The notes under the pieces: generated by a model
Databases searched by the model: none
Told to the model about the DNA's origin: nothing
Seen by the model: only the letters and a program-made list of their open reading frames with translations
IMG/VR virus record: IMGVR_UViG_3300038829_000269
Location: 64,522-128,521 of that record
DNA: 64,000 nucleotides
Strand: one strand, 5' to 3'
Source: a virus
Position numbers and translations under genes: made by a program
In this document: positions 1-9,936 of the stretch, piece after piece
How positions within the stretch are numbered: position 1 is the first letter of the stretch
Layout: each line of letters begins with the position of its first letter

Positions 1-1427
1 GGGTCCAGGTTCATGTAGGTGTAGAAGGTCTGCTTGGAGATGAGGTTCGACTTCATCAACTCCTTCATCAGGCCCTTCATCTGCGCGTCGTCCTTCAGCT
101 TCATGAACTCGAACTCGATCTCGGGCACGATGTATTCGTCTCCGAACTCGGTCCGCTTCTTGAAGTCCTGGGCGATCGCCACCGGGCGGAAGATCGTCTC
201 CTTGATCCAGTCGATGAGCACCTGCTGGTTTCGGAGGTAGCGGTTGATCAGAATCTGCATCCCGATGCTGGCCGTCGCGAAGTTCGGGCCCGTGCCTCCG
301 ACCATCGCCTCGTTGCCCAGAAGCGCGGCGAGGATTTCCTCGCGCACCCACTTGGACTCGGACTCGAAGGCGTGAATCTTGCCCGCGCTGGAGACGTATT
401 CGGCGGAGATCGCGTGGTGATAGACGAACCACGCGCTCAGGTCCTGGCTCAGTTCGTCGAACGCCTCGCGCACCTGCTTGATCGCCTCGGGGTTCGCGGG
501 CATCTGGTCGGAGCCGACCTTGATCAGCTTGAGCGGCAGGATGTGGCGCTCGTAGACCGCCTGCTGCACGCGGCGGATCATGTCCTTCTGGATCAGGGGC
601 TTGAACGCGCGGAACATGATCGGGGTGCCGACCGTCTCGTAGGGGCTGAGCTTGAACGCGAGGTGGCTGACACGGAACTTGTTGAGCGGGATTTTCTCGC
701 CGCGCGCCACGAGGTTCACGAGTTCGCCGCCCTCGATCTTGGCCAACTGCTCGTAAAGCTCCTTGGGCTGGCGGCTGGCGACGATCCGCTTGAGGTTATC
801 GTCCGGGTCAAGCTTGAGCACGGGCTCGCCCGCGAGCGACGACTTCTCGACCTCGACGAAGTCGGGGTTCAGCAGGTTGAAGCCGGTCCAGATGCCACGA
901 CTGTCGTCCCACGATCCGAAAGGGAAGACGTTGGCGAGCTTCCACCACTCCAGGTTGATGTCCGAGAGCAGCTTCATGCCCTTGAGGATGTCGAAGAAAA
1001 GAATCTCGAAGAAGCGCTTGACCTTCTTGTCCTCGCACACGATGTTGATCCCGGTGAGCGGGAACTCAGAGTGCAGGTCGATCATCGTGCCGACGTAGCC
1101 GTCCGTCTTGTAGAAGTGGCGGCACCACTGGTTGATCTCCCGCGTCTTGGTCGGAAGCTGGAGGTTGATCGCCTCGAACAGCGGGTGATAGAACGACGGG
1201 GTCTGCCGGTGGAGGCCCGGCCGCATCCCGCTGAACCCGGAGGCCATCTTCTTCAGGCGCTCGCGCGGCATGTTCACGAGCGTGGAGCCGGGGCCCCCGT
1301 CGCGAACGCTGCTGGAGATGTTCTTCAGCATCTTGAACTCGGCGTCCAGGTTGGACGTGACGAGCGGCGACCCATTAGGGCCGAGGATGTTGCTCTGGAA
1401 GTTGTTTCCGTCTTTGGCATCAGCCAT
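1..1427 (-). CDS. Phage portal protein (3' end outside window)
   Basis: Manual translation from ATG at 1427, open to window edge (>475 codons): MADAKDG...FYHPLFEAINLQLPTKTREINQWCRHFYKTDGYVGTMIDLHSEFPL...GTPIMFRAFKPL; resembles portals of large myovirus-type phages; absent from ORF track because it has no stop in the window. Confidence 0.75.
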   Translation of the reverse strand, partial: MADAKDGNNFQSNILGPNGSPLVTSNLDAEFKMLKNISSSVRDGGPGSTLVNMPRERLKKMASGFSGMRPGLHRQTPSFYHPLFEAINLQLPTKTREINQWCRHFYKTDGYVGTMIDLHSEFPLTGINIVCEDKKVKRFFEILFFDILKGMKLLSDINLEWWKLANVFPFGSWDDSRGIWTGFNLLNPDFVEVEKSSLAGEPVLKLDPDDNLKRIVASRQPKELYEQLAKIEGGELVNLVARGEKIPLNKFRVSHLAFKLSPYETVGTPIMFRAFKPLIQKDMIRRVQQAVYERHILPLKLIKVGSDQMPANPEAIKQVREAFDELSQDLSAWFVYHHAISAEYVSSAGKIHAFESESKWVREEILAALLGNEAMVGGTGPNFATASIGMQILINRYLRNQQVLIDWIKETIFRPVAIAQDFKKRTEFGDEYIVPEIEFEFMKLKDDAQMKGLMKELMKSNLISKQTFYTYMNLD

Positions 1428-1433
1428 GTTTTT

Positions 1434-1846
1434 TTATCTCGCCTGCATGTCGTTGAACGTCTGGTTCGACTCGTTCGTCTGGCCCTCTTCGAGAGGATCG
1501 CTCTCCTTGAGGGCGTTCGGCATCGACGGCTCGACTAGAGTGCGACGCGCCTTCCACGCGGCAAAGATGCCGGAAGACGGAGAGCCGGTGTCCCCGGGTG
1601 AGTCGGTGCCGACGCCACGGAATTGTCCTTGGGCCGGACCGTCGAAGAACTCTGGCTCTTGGCCTTCAAGTCCCTGGTCGGGACGGAAGCGAACTTTTCG
1701 CGAAGGGCGCAGAGGCCCACGATGATCAGGGCCAGAATTTTCGTTCCGCTGGTCAACCGGCTGGTCGTATTCGACCGGCTGAAGGTTTTCAGGCCCACCG
1801 TCTCCTTTCTCGGAGTCGAAACCCCGCCCGTCTGCTCGGCGTTCAT
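1434..1846 (-). pseudogene. Small acidic head-region protein interrupted by an apparent -1 frameshift
   Basis: ATG at 1846 (TGATG coupling, GGAGG upstream) gives MNAEQTGG; the -1 frame from ~1822 reads GFDSEKGDGGPENLQPVEY...GIFAAWKARRT...DMQAR* to TAA at 1434 and has no start codon for its N-terminal ~125 codons. Confidence 0.45.
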
Positions 1847-4008
1847 CAAAGAGACCTCCCGGAGGAAGCGGCTTCCCGCGTCCCCCAGACCTCGCTGATC
1901 ACCTGACTCGGCGGCGCCGGGAGCTTGCGCGGGATTTCGTATCCCGCCGCCGCCCACGCGATCTGCCCGCTCTCGTCCATGGGCATGGCCACGGTCTCGC
2001 CCTTGGTCGGAAGACCCTGAGCGCTGTGCGCCGCCTCGTAGGCCTCGCCGTCGCGCGCCATCAGGATCACGCCCTGGAGGCCGAACGAGTTGGCGTTGCT
2101 CGACACGGTCACGACCTTGAACAGCTTCTTCTGGCCCTTGCCCTGGGGGAGCGGCGTCGGGTTGCTGGCCTGCTGGGCCTCGGGGTCGTGCTTCCCGCCG
2201 TCCTCGTGATCCATCCGCGAGTCGGACAGGCGCAGCGTGCCGATCAGGCTGGCGGTGGTCGCGGCCGGGAGCTTGGCGGGCTCCTTGTCCAGAGCCTCCT
2301 GCTGCGACTTCTGCTTCTCCTCGCGGCTCTTGCGGCGCTCTTCCTTCCGCTTCTTGTCCGACTCGATGCGGTCGTAGAGCGAGTTGATCGCCTCGTTCAG
2401 CGACTTGATCTTGGCCGGGTCCTTCTCGCCGCGCAGCTTCTCGCGCAGGTCCTTGATCTGGCGCTTCTCGCCCTTCGCGAGGTGCACCATCTCGTGGTCG
2501 CACGCGATCGCGACCTCGCCCTCGGCCAGGCCCATGGCCTTGCGGCCCCAGGCCTTCGCCTTGGCGAAGCTCACGCCGATCTCGATCCCGGTCCGCTTCT
2601 CGATCTCGGCCGCGACCTGGTGCGCGATCATCGGCATCTGGCGGCCGACCACCGGGTCCGTGAAGTAGGCGACGAGTTCGCTACCCAGTTCGACGGCCGT
2701 GTGCGCGGCGCTCGCCACGATCTCGGACGCGATGTGCAGGGCGGTCGGGCTCACCTGGCTCGCCTCCTGCTTCAGGCCGATCGTGTCCTTGAACGAGAGG
2801 CGCACGCGCTCGGGCTCCGAGCCCCAGGCGGGCATCCACATGATCATCTGCTGCGCGCGCGGCATCCAGTGCTCGACCGCCCCGCCCAAAGAGGCGTGGA
2901 TGCAGTGCTTGCACTTGTCGCGGTAGGTCTCGTGCGTCCAGTCGGACTCGAACCACACGCAGTCGCGGCACTTGTTCAGGTCCTTGTAGATCAGGTTGCC
3001 GGGCTCGGAATCGCCCGGGTCGCCGGACGCGGCGAACCGGCCCATGCGACCGCAGAGCTTGGCCTCCTCCATCATCGGGGCCATCGGCTCGTCCTTCTGC
3101 TGCTCGCCCTCGACCTGATCGGTCGGCGGCATCCCGGCGGGGGGCAGGCCCGGGACCGGCTCCTGCGCGCCGCCCATCATGTCGGAGACGTTCATCTCGG
3201 AGACGATGGCGCCGAGCAGCGACTCGACGAGGCACATCTTCATGTGGACGTGGCGCATGTCCTCGTAGCCGCCGTCCGCCTTCTTCTTGAGGCCGGACTG
3301 TCCCGCGATCGGCTCCATGGGCAGGGTCTCGGCGCCGGGCATCGGAGGCATGTCGGGCACGTCGCCGCTCACGTCCTCGGCGCCGGGCAGGCCCATCTCC
3401 ATGTCCATGGCCCCGCCGTCCGGGGCCGGGGCCATCTTCAGCTTCTCGACGTAGTGCTTCGCGTCGTTGAGCACGAGGAAGGCGTTCTCGATCGCCATGA
3501 CCTGGGGGATGGTCAGGGCCTGGACCTTCTGGCGAATCTGCGCGCAGGCGCCGCTCACCGCGTCGGCCTTCGACGCGATCTCGCTCGACAGGTCGGCGAG
3601 CAGCGAGTCGCCGCCCAACCCGTCTGGGCTCGACTGCGAACCGGCGACGCTGTCCTTCATCGAGGCCATGTCCGCCTCGATCCGGCTCAGGCGATCGGCG
3701 GCCTTCACGCGCTCGGACTGGCCGAGTTCACCCACCGCCTTCTGGAAGACTCCGGCGTAGCGGTCGAGCAGCGCCTTGTCCTCGGGGCCCGAGACCTTGG
3801 TCACGAGCGCGTCGGGGCGCACGGACCCGGCGGCGCGCGGCGTAGCGCCGTGCGTCTGGATCGCGTCGGAGAGGCGCTGCTCCTTCTGCTCGGCGGCCGA
3901 GGCCTGCCGAACGACGGGAGCCGAGAGACCGAGCTTGCCCGCGAGATTCGACCAGAAGTTGCTGGCCTTCTCGTCCTTGCCTTCGGGCGACTGGTAGGGG
4001 GTGATCAT
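1846..4008 (-). CDS. Modular putative head-internal/virion protein, 720 aa
   Basis: Start MITPYQ at 4008 with GAGGAGG RBS; RQAS/KKKA/RFAAS/KQEAS/TTAS/REAAS motifs, Cys cluster CRDC..CKHC, EKDPAK hairpin. Confidence 0.7.
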   Translation of the reverse strand: MITPYQSPEGKDEKASNFWSNLAGKLGLSAPVVRQASAAEQKEQRLSDAIQTHGATPRAAGSVRPDALVTKVSGPEDKALLDRYAGVFQKAVGELGQSERVKAADRLSRIEADMASMKDSVAGSQSSPDGLGGDSLLADLSSEIASKADAVSGACAQIRQKVQALTIPQVMAIENAFLVLNDAKHYVEKLKMAPAPDGGAMDMEMGLPGAEDVSGDVPDMPPMPGAETLPMEPIAGQSGLKKKADGGYEDMRHVHMKMCLVESLLGAIVSEMNVSDMMGGAQEPVPGLPPAGMPPTDQVEGEQQKDEPMAPMMEEAKLCGRMGRFAASGDPGDSEPGNLIYKDLNKCRDCVWFESDWTHETYRDKCKHCIHASLGGAVEHWMPRAQQMIMWMPAWGSEPERVRLSFKDTIGLKQEASQVSPTALHIASEIVASAAHTAVELGSELVAYFTDPVVGRQMPMIAHQVAAEIEKRTGIEIGVSFAKAKAWGRKAMGLAEGEVAIACDHEMVHLAKGEKRQIKDLREKLRGEKDPAKIKSLNEAINSLYDRIESDKKRKEERRKSREEKQKSQQEALDKEPAKLPAATTASLIGTLRLSDSRMDHEDGGKHDPEAQQASNPTPLPQGKGQKKLFKVVTVSSNANSFGLQGVILMARDGEAYEAAHSAQGLPTKGETVAMPMDESGQIAWAAAGYEIPRKLPAPPSQVISEVWGTREAASSGRSL

Positions 4009-4021
4009 TGGTGCGTCCTCC

Positions 4022-5869
4022 TCATGGAACGTATATCGGGCTGCCACCGGCGTCTCCGCCGACGCTTCTCTCTGCGAACTCGCCGGGCAGCGCGAGGCCA
4101 GCCTGGTCGTCCGTTTTCCGAAAGTCAACCTTCCCTTCGTTGTAATCCTCGACCGACAACCAGTCGTGGCGCGCGTGCGGCGACTGCTGACCGGAGGGGC
4201 GGACCACGTTGGTCTGCCCCGGGAAATTGGTGGGCGCGGACGCGAGCTTCATCGGGCGCGCGCCGCTCACGACGCACACGAGGTCCAGGGCCATGGCCGC
4301 CGCGTTCACTCGGTCGATCCACTTCGTGGCCAGCGTCACGACCTGGCCGATCTCGATCGACTCGTTGAGCCCTTCCTTCGCGTTGACCACGGCCTGGAGC
4401 GCGACGGTCAGCGCCTGGTCCAGCGGGATGGCCATCGACGTGATCTCGGCCGCGATCTGGTGAAGCTCCTGGACGTAGTGCGAGTGGCGCAGCGTCTTGC
4501 CCTCGTCCATCATCTCAGCGAACTCCTCGGACACCTTGACGAAGCGCTTGTCCACGATCTCGCCCGCCTCGTCCAGGTCGCGCAGCGCCTGGTTGTCCGT
4601 CTCTTTAAGGAGGGCCTGGAACTTCTCGTCCAGCCCCTTGCCCGCCTCGATCGCGCGGACCAGATCGTGGAGCACGGCCTGGGCCTCGACCTTCGTCAGT
4701 TCGCGGGGCCCGGCCAAGCGCAGCGCCCAGGACCAGCGCTTCGCGTAGGTCTGGCGCACCGCCGACAGCAGGTCGTGGTCATCGGCCGCCGCGAAGAACA
4801 GCGAGATCGCGCGCATGTCGTTGAGGTCAAACTGTTGAACGAGGCGCCAGAAGAGGTCGCGGACCGCGCGGTCCCCCGAATCCATTCCGGCGCTGGACAG
4901 CGCGTCGTGCAGGCGGTCGGCGTAATTGGTCTCCTGGTTCACGGCGTCGAGTGCCGACGCCCGATACTTCAGCTTCTGCTCGATCTCGTCCTGGTCGCGG
5001 CTGATCGACTCGTGCTGAGCCTTGACCTTCTCGTCGAAGATCACGACCTGGTTCTTGCCCGTGTTCTTGCCCACGACCAGCGCGTAGTGCGCCTCGATCG
5101 GGCGATGGCCGACGCCGATCGTCACCGTGTGCTTGGTCACGCGCTCGTGAATCTCCGAGATCGTCTTGAACACATCGGGATCGTTCGCCATGAAGAAAAG
5201 CATGTTGTCGCCGCCGTCGAAGATCAGGCGGCCACCGGCGCTCGACACCAGCTTGCGAATCGCGCGGTGCGCGTCGTGGATCGAGTTGCTGATCTTGGCC
5301 GCGATCTCTGGGTCGTCGGAGAGCAGAGAGTCCTCGACCAGGTGGCCCATGTCGTCGCCGTCCATCCCGACGTAGACCATGTCCTGGGGCTCGACCAACT
5401 GCTCCATCGTCTTCTCGGGCTGCGGCTCGTGATCGTCCGCGTGCCCGATCCCCGCCGCCTCGCGATCGGTCGGCGGCGTGAAGTTCTTGTCATACCACGC
5501 GCGGTCGTAGATCGGCGAGCGCTCGCTGACCCCGGACTGGCGCTGAACGGCCTTGTCCACGACGTATTGGGCCACGAACTTGTTCAGCGTCTCGATCAGG
5601 GTTTCTTTCGTGTCCGACTCGCTGACGTTGTTCGCGATCCGGTGCGTCAGCCAGTGGGTCCCGGACGAGACCTCGCGCGCGGTCAGGTCCAGGCCGCTCC
5701 GCATGAGGATGGCCTTCACCTGATCCTTCAACTGGGCGAAGGTCACGCCCGTGTTGAACATCGGCTGGTCCGGCGCCTGCTCGGGAAAAAGCGCGGCCTT
5801 CAGCAGACCGGCGACGAGCCAGTCCGGCTGCTGGTTGAGGCGCGTGCTGCTCTTCCCGTTTTCGATCAT
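4022..5869 (-). CDS. Modular putative virion protein with mCpol-like nucleotide cyclase domain, 615 aa
   Basis: Start MIENGK at 5869 overlapping upstream TGA; VYVGMDGDDMG...FDGGDNMLF...TVTIGVG...AHYALVVGKNTGKNQV at ~5035-5380 matches the mCpol pattern. Confidence 0.75.
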   Translation of the reverse strand: MIENGKSSTRLNQQPDWLVAGLLKAALFPEQAPDQPMFNTGVTFAQLKDQVKAILMRSGLDLTAREVSSGTHWLTHRIANNVSESDTKETLIETLNKFVAQYVVDKAVQRQSGVSERSPIYDRAWYDKNFTPPTDREAAGIGHADDHEPQPEKTMEQLVEPQDMVYVGMDGDDMGHLVEDSLLSDDPEIAAKISNSIHDAHRAIRKLVSSAGGRLIFDGGDNMLFFMANDPDVFKTISEIHERVTKHTVTIGVGHRPIEAHYALVVGKNTGKNQVVIFDEKVKAQHESISRDQDEIEQKLKYRASALDAVNQETNYADRLHDALSSAGMDSGDRAVRDLFWRLVQQFDLNDMRAISLFFAAADDHDLLSAVRQTYAKRWSWALRLAGPRELTKVEAQAVLHDLVRAIEAGKGLDEKFQALLKETDNQALRDLDEAGEIVDKRFVKVSEEFAEMMDEGKTLRHSHYVQELHQIAAEITSMAIPLDQALTVALQAVVNAKEGLNESIEIGQVVTLATKWIDRVNAAAMALDLVCVVSGARPMKLASAPTNFPGQTNVVRPSGQQSPHARHDWLSVEDYNEGKVDFRKTDDQAGLALPGEFAERSVGGDAGGSPIYVP

Positions 5870-8800
5870 CAGATGTTCTGGTTCGGAGTGTTGCCGAACT
5901 GGTGCGGCCCGCCCTCTCCGTGGGTCTCGGACGACTGACCGGCCGTCGACTTCGGGACGACGGCGCCCGACGGCAGCTTGACCAGGTTCTCGACCGCCGT
6001 GTTCCAGAGCGTGCACCAGTCGTGCGTCGGGTGCACCTCACCGGCGGGCGCGTAGTGCCCGGCCTTCTCGCACCACTCGCGGATGTCGAGGCCCGATCCG
6101 GTCTGGCTCGCCTTGTCCTTCACCGCGTCGGGAGCCGCGCTGGGCAGCGCCTCGGCCTTCTTCATGGTCGAGACGTTGACCTTCTTCTCGTCGGCCTTCG
6201 TCTGGTCGGAGGCCGGGGCCTTCGACTCGACCTTCTGCGGGATGTCCTTGACGATCGGGTCGTAGCCCACGCAGTCGCGGAAGTAGGCGGCGAGGAATCC
6301 GACGCCCTCGCGCTTCTCAGCGCCGCAGAACGGGAGCCGCGTGTGCTTGAACTCCCGGAGCGGCGAGTAGCCGACGGGGACGACCAGGCTCTTGCAGTTC
6401 TTGCACACCTCGGGGAACTTCAGGCTCTGGGACGAGAGCTTCTTGAACGTGCCCATGAAGTCCTTGACCTGCTCCTGGTTGTTCGGGTCCAGGCCCATGG
6501 TCACCATCTGGTTCTTGGCCTCGGGGTCCATATCGTAGGCGCTCGCCGACTTGCCGAACGCGCAGGACTCGGAGCAGTAGGTCTTTCCGCCCTTGGCCAC
6601 GATCGTCTCGCCGATCTCCTTTCCGCAGTTCGGGTTGGCGCACTTCTCTTTCGCCTTGGCCGCCTGCTTCTCGTTCAGATCGGTGTCCTCGATCTTCGCG
6701 CCCTTGTCCTTCATGTCCAGCGCCTGCTCCAGGGCCTCGCGCGTCATCTTCGGGGCGACCCCGGCCAGACCCTTGCCCTTCTCGGGCATGAGCGTGGAAC
6801 CCGAGTTGTCGGGCGCCTGCGTGGTCTCGGCCGGGACATCGGCGGGCTTCACGCCGGGCTCGGCGGCGAGGTCGGCGGGCGCGCCCGCCATCTCCTCGGT
6901 CTTCCCCGCCTTCGCCTTCTCCTGGAACGCGCTGATCTTGTCGTAGAGAAGCTGGAGGTCGGTGTAGTCGATCCCCATGTGCGGCGCGTTCCCGTTCTTG
7001 ATGTTGTTCATCTCGCGCTGGTGAACGGTCTGCCACTCGTTGTTGTATTGGTCCATCAGCGCCTGGAACTCGCGGAACGCGATCGGGTCCAGACCGGCGG
7101 GCGGCGCGATCTGCGGCGTGCCCATATCCGCGCTCGGCGCGGCGGCCGGGGCGGCCGGAGCGGCGGGCTGCGCGCCTTCCGGGGTCTGATCGGCGTTCGC
7201 GCCGGGAAGCAGCGTCTCGGGCGCGGGCGCGGCGGGCGGCGCGGCGAGGCGCGTGCGCTGCGCGTGCGCCAGGCGGTAGCCCAGGTTGCTGACCTCGGTT
7301 CCCGCCGTGCGGAAGAGGACGATCCCGGCCTTCGCCAGTTCCTTGGACGCGGACTCGAAGGATAGGTCAGACTGCTGGCCGTGCTGCTTGGACATGAGCA
7401 CGAGGTCGCGGAACGAGATCATCCGCTGGTCGAGCATGTTCAGCGAGTCGATGACCTTGGACAGGCCCGCGATCTTGACCACGCCCTTGGCCGCCGACTC
7501 GTAGCTGCCGAGCCCCTTGCCCTCATCCTCCAGCGACGGGGAATCGGGGTGCAGACCCGCGTCGTCGCGCGGCACGCCGGGGACCGTGTTCCCGTAGGCG
7601 TCGGACCGAGACGAGTTGGCGGGCTGGATCAGGCCCTGGTCAAGAAGCTGCTTGGCGCCGCGACCGTAGGAGCCCTGAAGCTGCCAGGCGAGGCCGGTGT
7701 CCACCAGATACTGGAAGAGTTCGATCGTCCCGGCCTCGTCCAGTTCGCCGCCCTCGAACGCCATGATCGCGCCGACGTGATCGTAGGCCTGCTTGCCTTT
7801 GGGCGCTGGATCGTGCTTGCCCTTGCCCGCTTCCAGGACGCGGACCGAAGTGGCGAAGCGCAGTTTGGCGCCCGCCCGGCCCTTCAGCGCGTTGGCCACG
7901 CGCTCCACCATCTTGCCGCCGTCCCAGATTTCCACGACGTAGTCGTGGCCGCCGTAGGTGATCGTGCGCGCGAGGTCCGTAGCGCTCTTCAGGTCGAGGC
8001 CCTTGGCCGTGGACCGGATCGAGCCGTCCCAGTTGATCTCACGGACCTCGGCCGACGCGAGCGTCGCGTGGCTGGAGGTCTGGTCGCCGGACGGGTAGCC
8101 GGTGTTCGACTCGGAGTTGACGCCCGTGTTCGTCGTGCTGGACATCGTGCCGGGCTCGCGGCGCTCCGCGCCCTTCGGGTTTTTGGCCTGGAGGGGGGAG
8201 ATCGGGGCGGCGATCTGCGCCGCCTCCTTGGAGATGGAGCGCACGAGGCCCTGGCGCGCGATCGTCGGCTTCTCGCCGGACGCCTGGCGCGTCATGTCGG
8301 GGGACGCCTTGCGGAACAGGAGCGGGCCGTCCTTGGCCGCGACCGCGCCGCCCATCCCGTCGGGGGCGTGGAAGTCGGGGGTCGTATACTTGATCTCGGG
8401 CACGACCTTCGGCTGCATCACGACCTCGAAGTCCTGGCCCTGGAACATCTCCTTGAGCCCGGACATGTTGAAGGCGTAGATGTTGTTCATCCCGTCGGTG
8501 AACGTCTTGGGCTCCATCAGCCCGCCGAGCACGAGGTCCACGGCCGCGTAGATCGTGCGCGGATCGCCCTGCGGACCGTAGAACGGAATTTGGAAGGCCA
8601 CTCGACCCGTCTGGGGCTGACCGGTGTGGTCGTCCCAACGGCTGATGTCGGCCTTCATATAGTGGATGCGCGATCCGCTGATCGTCATCGCGCCGAGCTT
8701 CTTCTCCAGCATCTGGCGCGCGCGGCCCACGACCTCGCTGATCTGACGCTCGCGGTCCTGGCCCGCGACCTGCGCGATGTCGCGCGAGCCGCCCTGACCT

Positions 8801-9000
8801 TGGTCGATGCGCGACACGCTCTCCGCCTGCTTCGAGGCGAAGGGGGTCGTGCGCTCGGGAGCCGACGCGGTCTTGACCTGAGCGCGCTTGGCGATCAGGC
8901 TCTCACCGGCGGCGACGACGCGGCTGACCATGTCGGCGGCCCACCCGGAGCGGGCGGCCTTGGCCTTCGCGGCCTTCTCTGCGATGTCCTTTTCGTTCAT
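5869..9000 (-). CDS. Large modular putative head-internal protein, 1043 aa
   Basis: Start MNEKDIA at 9000 with AAGGAG RBS; many KTAS/KQAE/RKAS/RQAS/KEAA/RTAG/KQAA/KKAE motifs; Cys-rich Zn modules; [20 protein letters not shown] module. Confidence 0.7.
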   Translation of the reverse strand: MNEKDIAEKAAKAKAARSGWAADMVSRVVAAGESLIAKRAQVKTASAPERTTPFASKQAESVSRIDQGQGGSRDIAQVAGQDRERQISEVVGRARQMLEKKLGAMTISGSRIHYMKADISRWDDHTGQPQTGRVAFQIPFYGPQGDPRTIYAAVDLVLGGLMEPKTFTDGMNNIYAFNMSGLKEMFQGQDFEVVMQPKVVPEIKYTTPDFHAPDGMGGAVAAKDGPLLFRKASPDMTRQASGEKPTIARQGLVRSISKEAAQIAAPISPLQAKNPKGAERREPGTMSSTTNTGVNSESNTGYPSGDQTSSHATLASAEVREINWDGSIRSTAKGLDLKSATDLARTITYGGHDYVVEIWDGGKMVERVANALKGRAGAKLRFATSVRVLEAGKGKHDPAPKGKQAYDHVGAIMAFEGGELDEAGTIELFQYLVDTGLAWQLQGSYGRGAKQLLDQGLIQPANSSRSDAYGNTVPGVPRDDAGLHPDSPSLEDEGKGLGSYESAAKGVVKIAGLSKVIDSLNMLDQRMISFRDLVLMSKQHGQQSDLSFESASKELAKAGIVLFRTAGTEVSNLGYRLAHAQRTRLAAPPAAPAPETLLPGANADQTPEGAQPAAPAAPAAAPSADMGTPQIAPPAGLDPIAFREFQALMDQYNNEWQTVHQREMNNIKNGNAPHMGIDYTDLQLLYDKISAFQEKAKAGKTEEMAGAPADLAAEPGVKPADVPAETTQAPDNSGSTLMPEKGKGLAGVAPKMTREALEQALDMKDKGAKIEDTDLNEKQAAKAKEKCANPNCGKEIGETIVAKGGKTYCSESCAFGKSASAYDMDPEAKNQMVTMGLDPNNQEQVKDFMGTFKKLSSQSLKFPEVCKNCKSLVVPVGYSPLREFKHTRLPFCGAEKREGVGFLAAYFRDCVGYDPIVKDIPQKVESKAPASDQTKADEKKVNVSTMKKAEALPSAAPDAVKDKASQTGSGLDIREWCEKAGHYAPAGEVHPTHDWCTLWNTAVENLVKLPSGAVVPKSTAGQSSETHGEGGPHQFGNTPNQNI

Positions 9001-9014
9001 GGTAGTCGATCTCC

Positions 9015-9932
9015 TTAGTCGTGGCCCTGGCAAAACTTCGGGTTGCCGTCCGTGTTTTCCTTCATCGGCTTGTGGCAGGTCGGGCACTTCTCCGCCGCGT
9101 GCTGGACCAAATCGTCTTCCGAGACCGTGATCAGCGCCTGGGCCTTCTTCATGAAGATGCGGCAGCCGCAGTCGTCGCACACGTCCCCGTCGTGACCATG
9201 GCCGCACGATCCGCAGGCGGCCGACGCCTTCTTCTTATTGTGGACGGACCAGGCGACGGCCCACGGATTGTCCACGCTCACGTCGTGCTTGAGGCTCTTG
9301 ACCAGCTTCTCTTCGCCGGGGGGCGCGACCGCGATGCGCTGCACCGGCGGCTGCATCCGCTTCAGGAACTGGTCCTCGTTCTCGGTCGAGCGCTGGTTTC
9401 CGAACAGGTCGCACTGGCGGTTGCCGCACAACTTGAGGTCGGGGCGCTCGTCGCGATACATCTGCTTCGGGAGCTTGCACGAGGGGCAGGACTCGTCGAG
9501 CGCCGCCTGCTTCATCACGCCCTCGCCCTTGCACGCGGAGCACGGCTGCTGGCTGTGGGTAGACTCCGGGTCGCTCCCGCTGCCCTTGCAGCGCGAGCAC
9601 TTGTTGGCGGACGCCGAGCGGCGCATAACCTCGCCCTCGGTGTTCACTTGCTTGACCAGGAACTGGGAGCCGTCGGCCGCCTTCTCGATCGACCAGATCG
9701 AGCCCAGGCCACCGTCGATGTCCTCGGCGCGGTAGAGGCCCCAGCCCATGGGCTTGGCCAGGCGCATGAACCCGGCGGCCTCCGCCTCCTTCAGCGGGAT
9801 GCGGTCGGGCATCGGCACGACCTCGATCTCGCCGAGCGCGGCGCTCGCGGTCTTGACCATCTCGGAGCCAGCGCTCCTCACCTTGAGGCCGACGCTCTCG
9901 GCCAAGCCCTTCCAGAAGTTGGGTCCCATCAT
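9015..9932 (-). CDS. Putative head-associated protein with Zn-finger modules
   Basis: 305 aa; KTASA, KQAAL, RIAVA, KKASA, KKAQA motifs separate CxxC modules and a DNPWAVAWS module. Confidence 0.65.
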   Translation of the reverse strand: MMGPNFWKGLAESVGLKVRSAGSEMVKTASAALGEIEVVPMPDRIPLKEAEAAGFMRLAKPMGWGLYRAEDIDGGLGSIWSIEKAADGSQFLVKQVNTEGEVMRRSASANKCSRCKGSGSDPESTHSQQPCSACKGEGVMKQAALDESCPSCKLPKQMYRDERPDLKLCGNRQCDLFGNQRSTENEDQFLKRMQPPVQRIAVAPPGEEKLVKSLKHDVSVDNPWAVAWSVHNKKKASAACGSCGHGHDGDVCDDCGCRIFMKKAQALITVSEDDLVQHAAEKCPTCHKPMKENTDGNPKFCQGHD

Positions 9933-9936
9933 AAAT

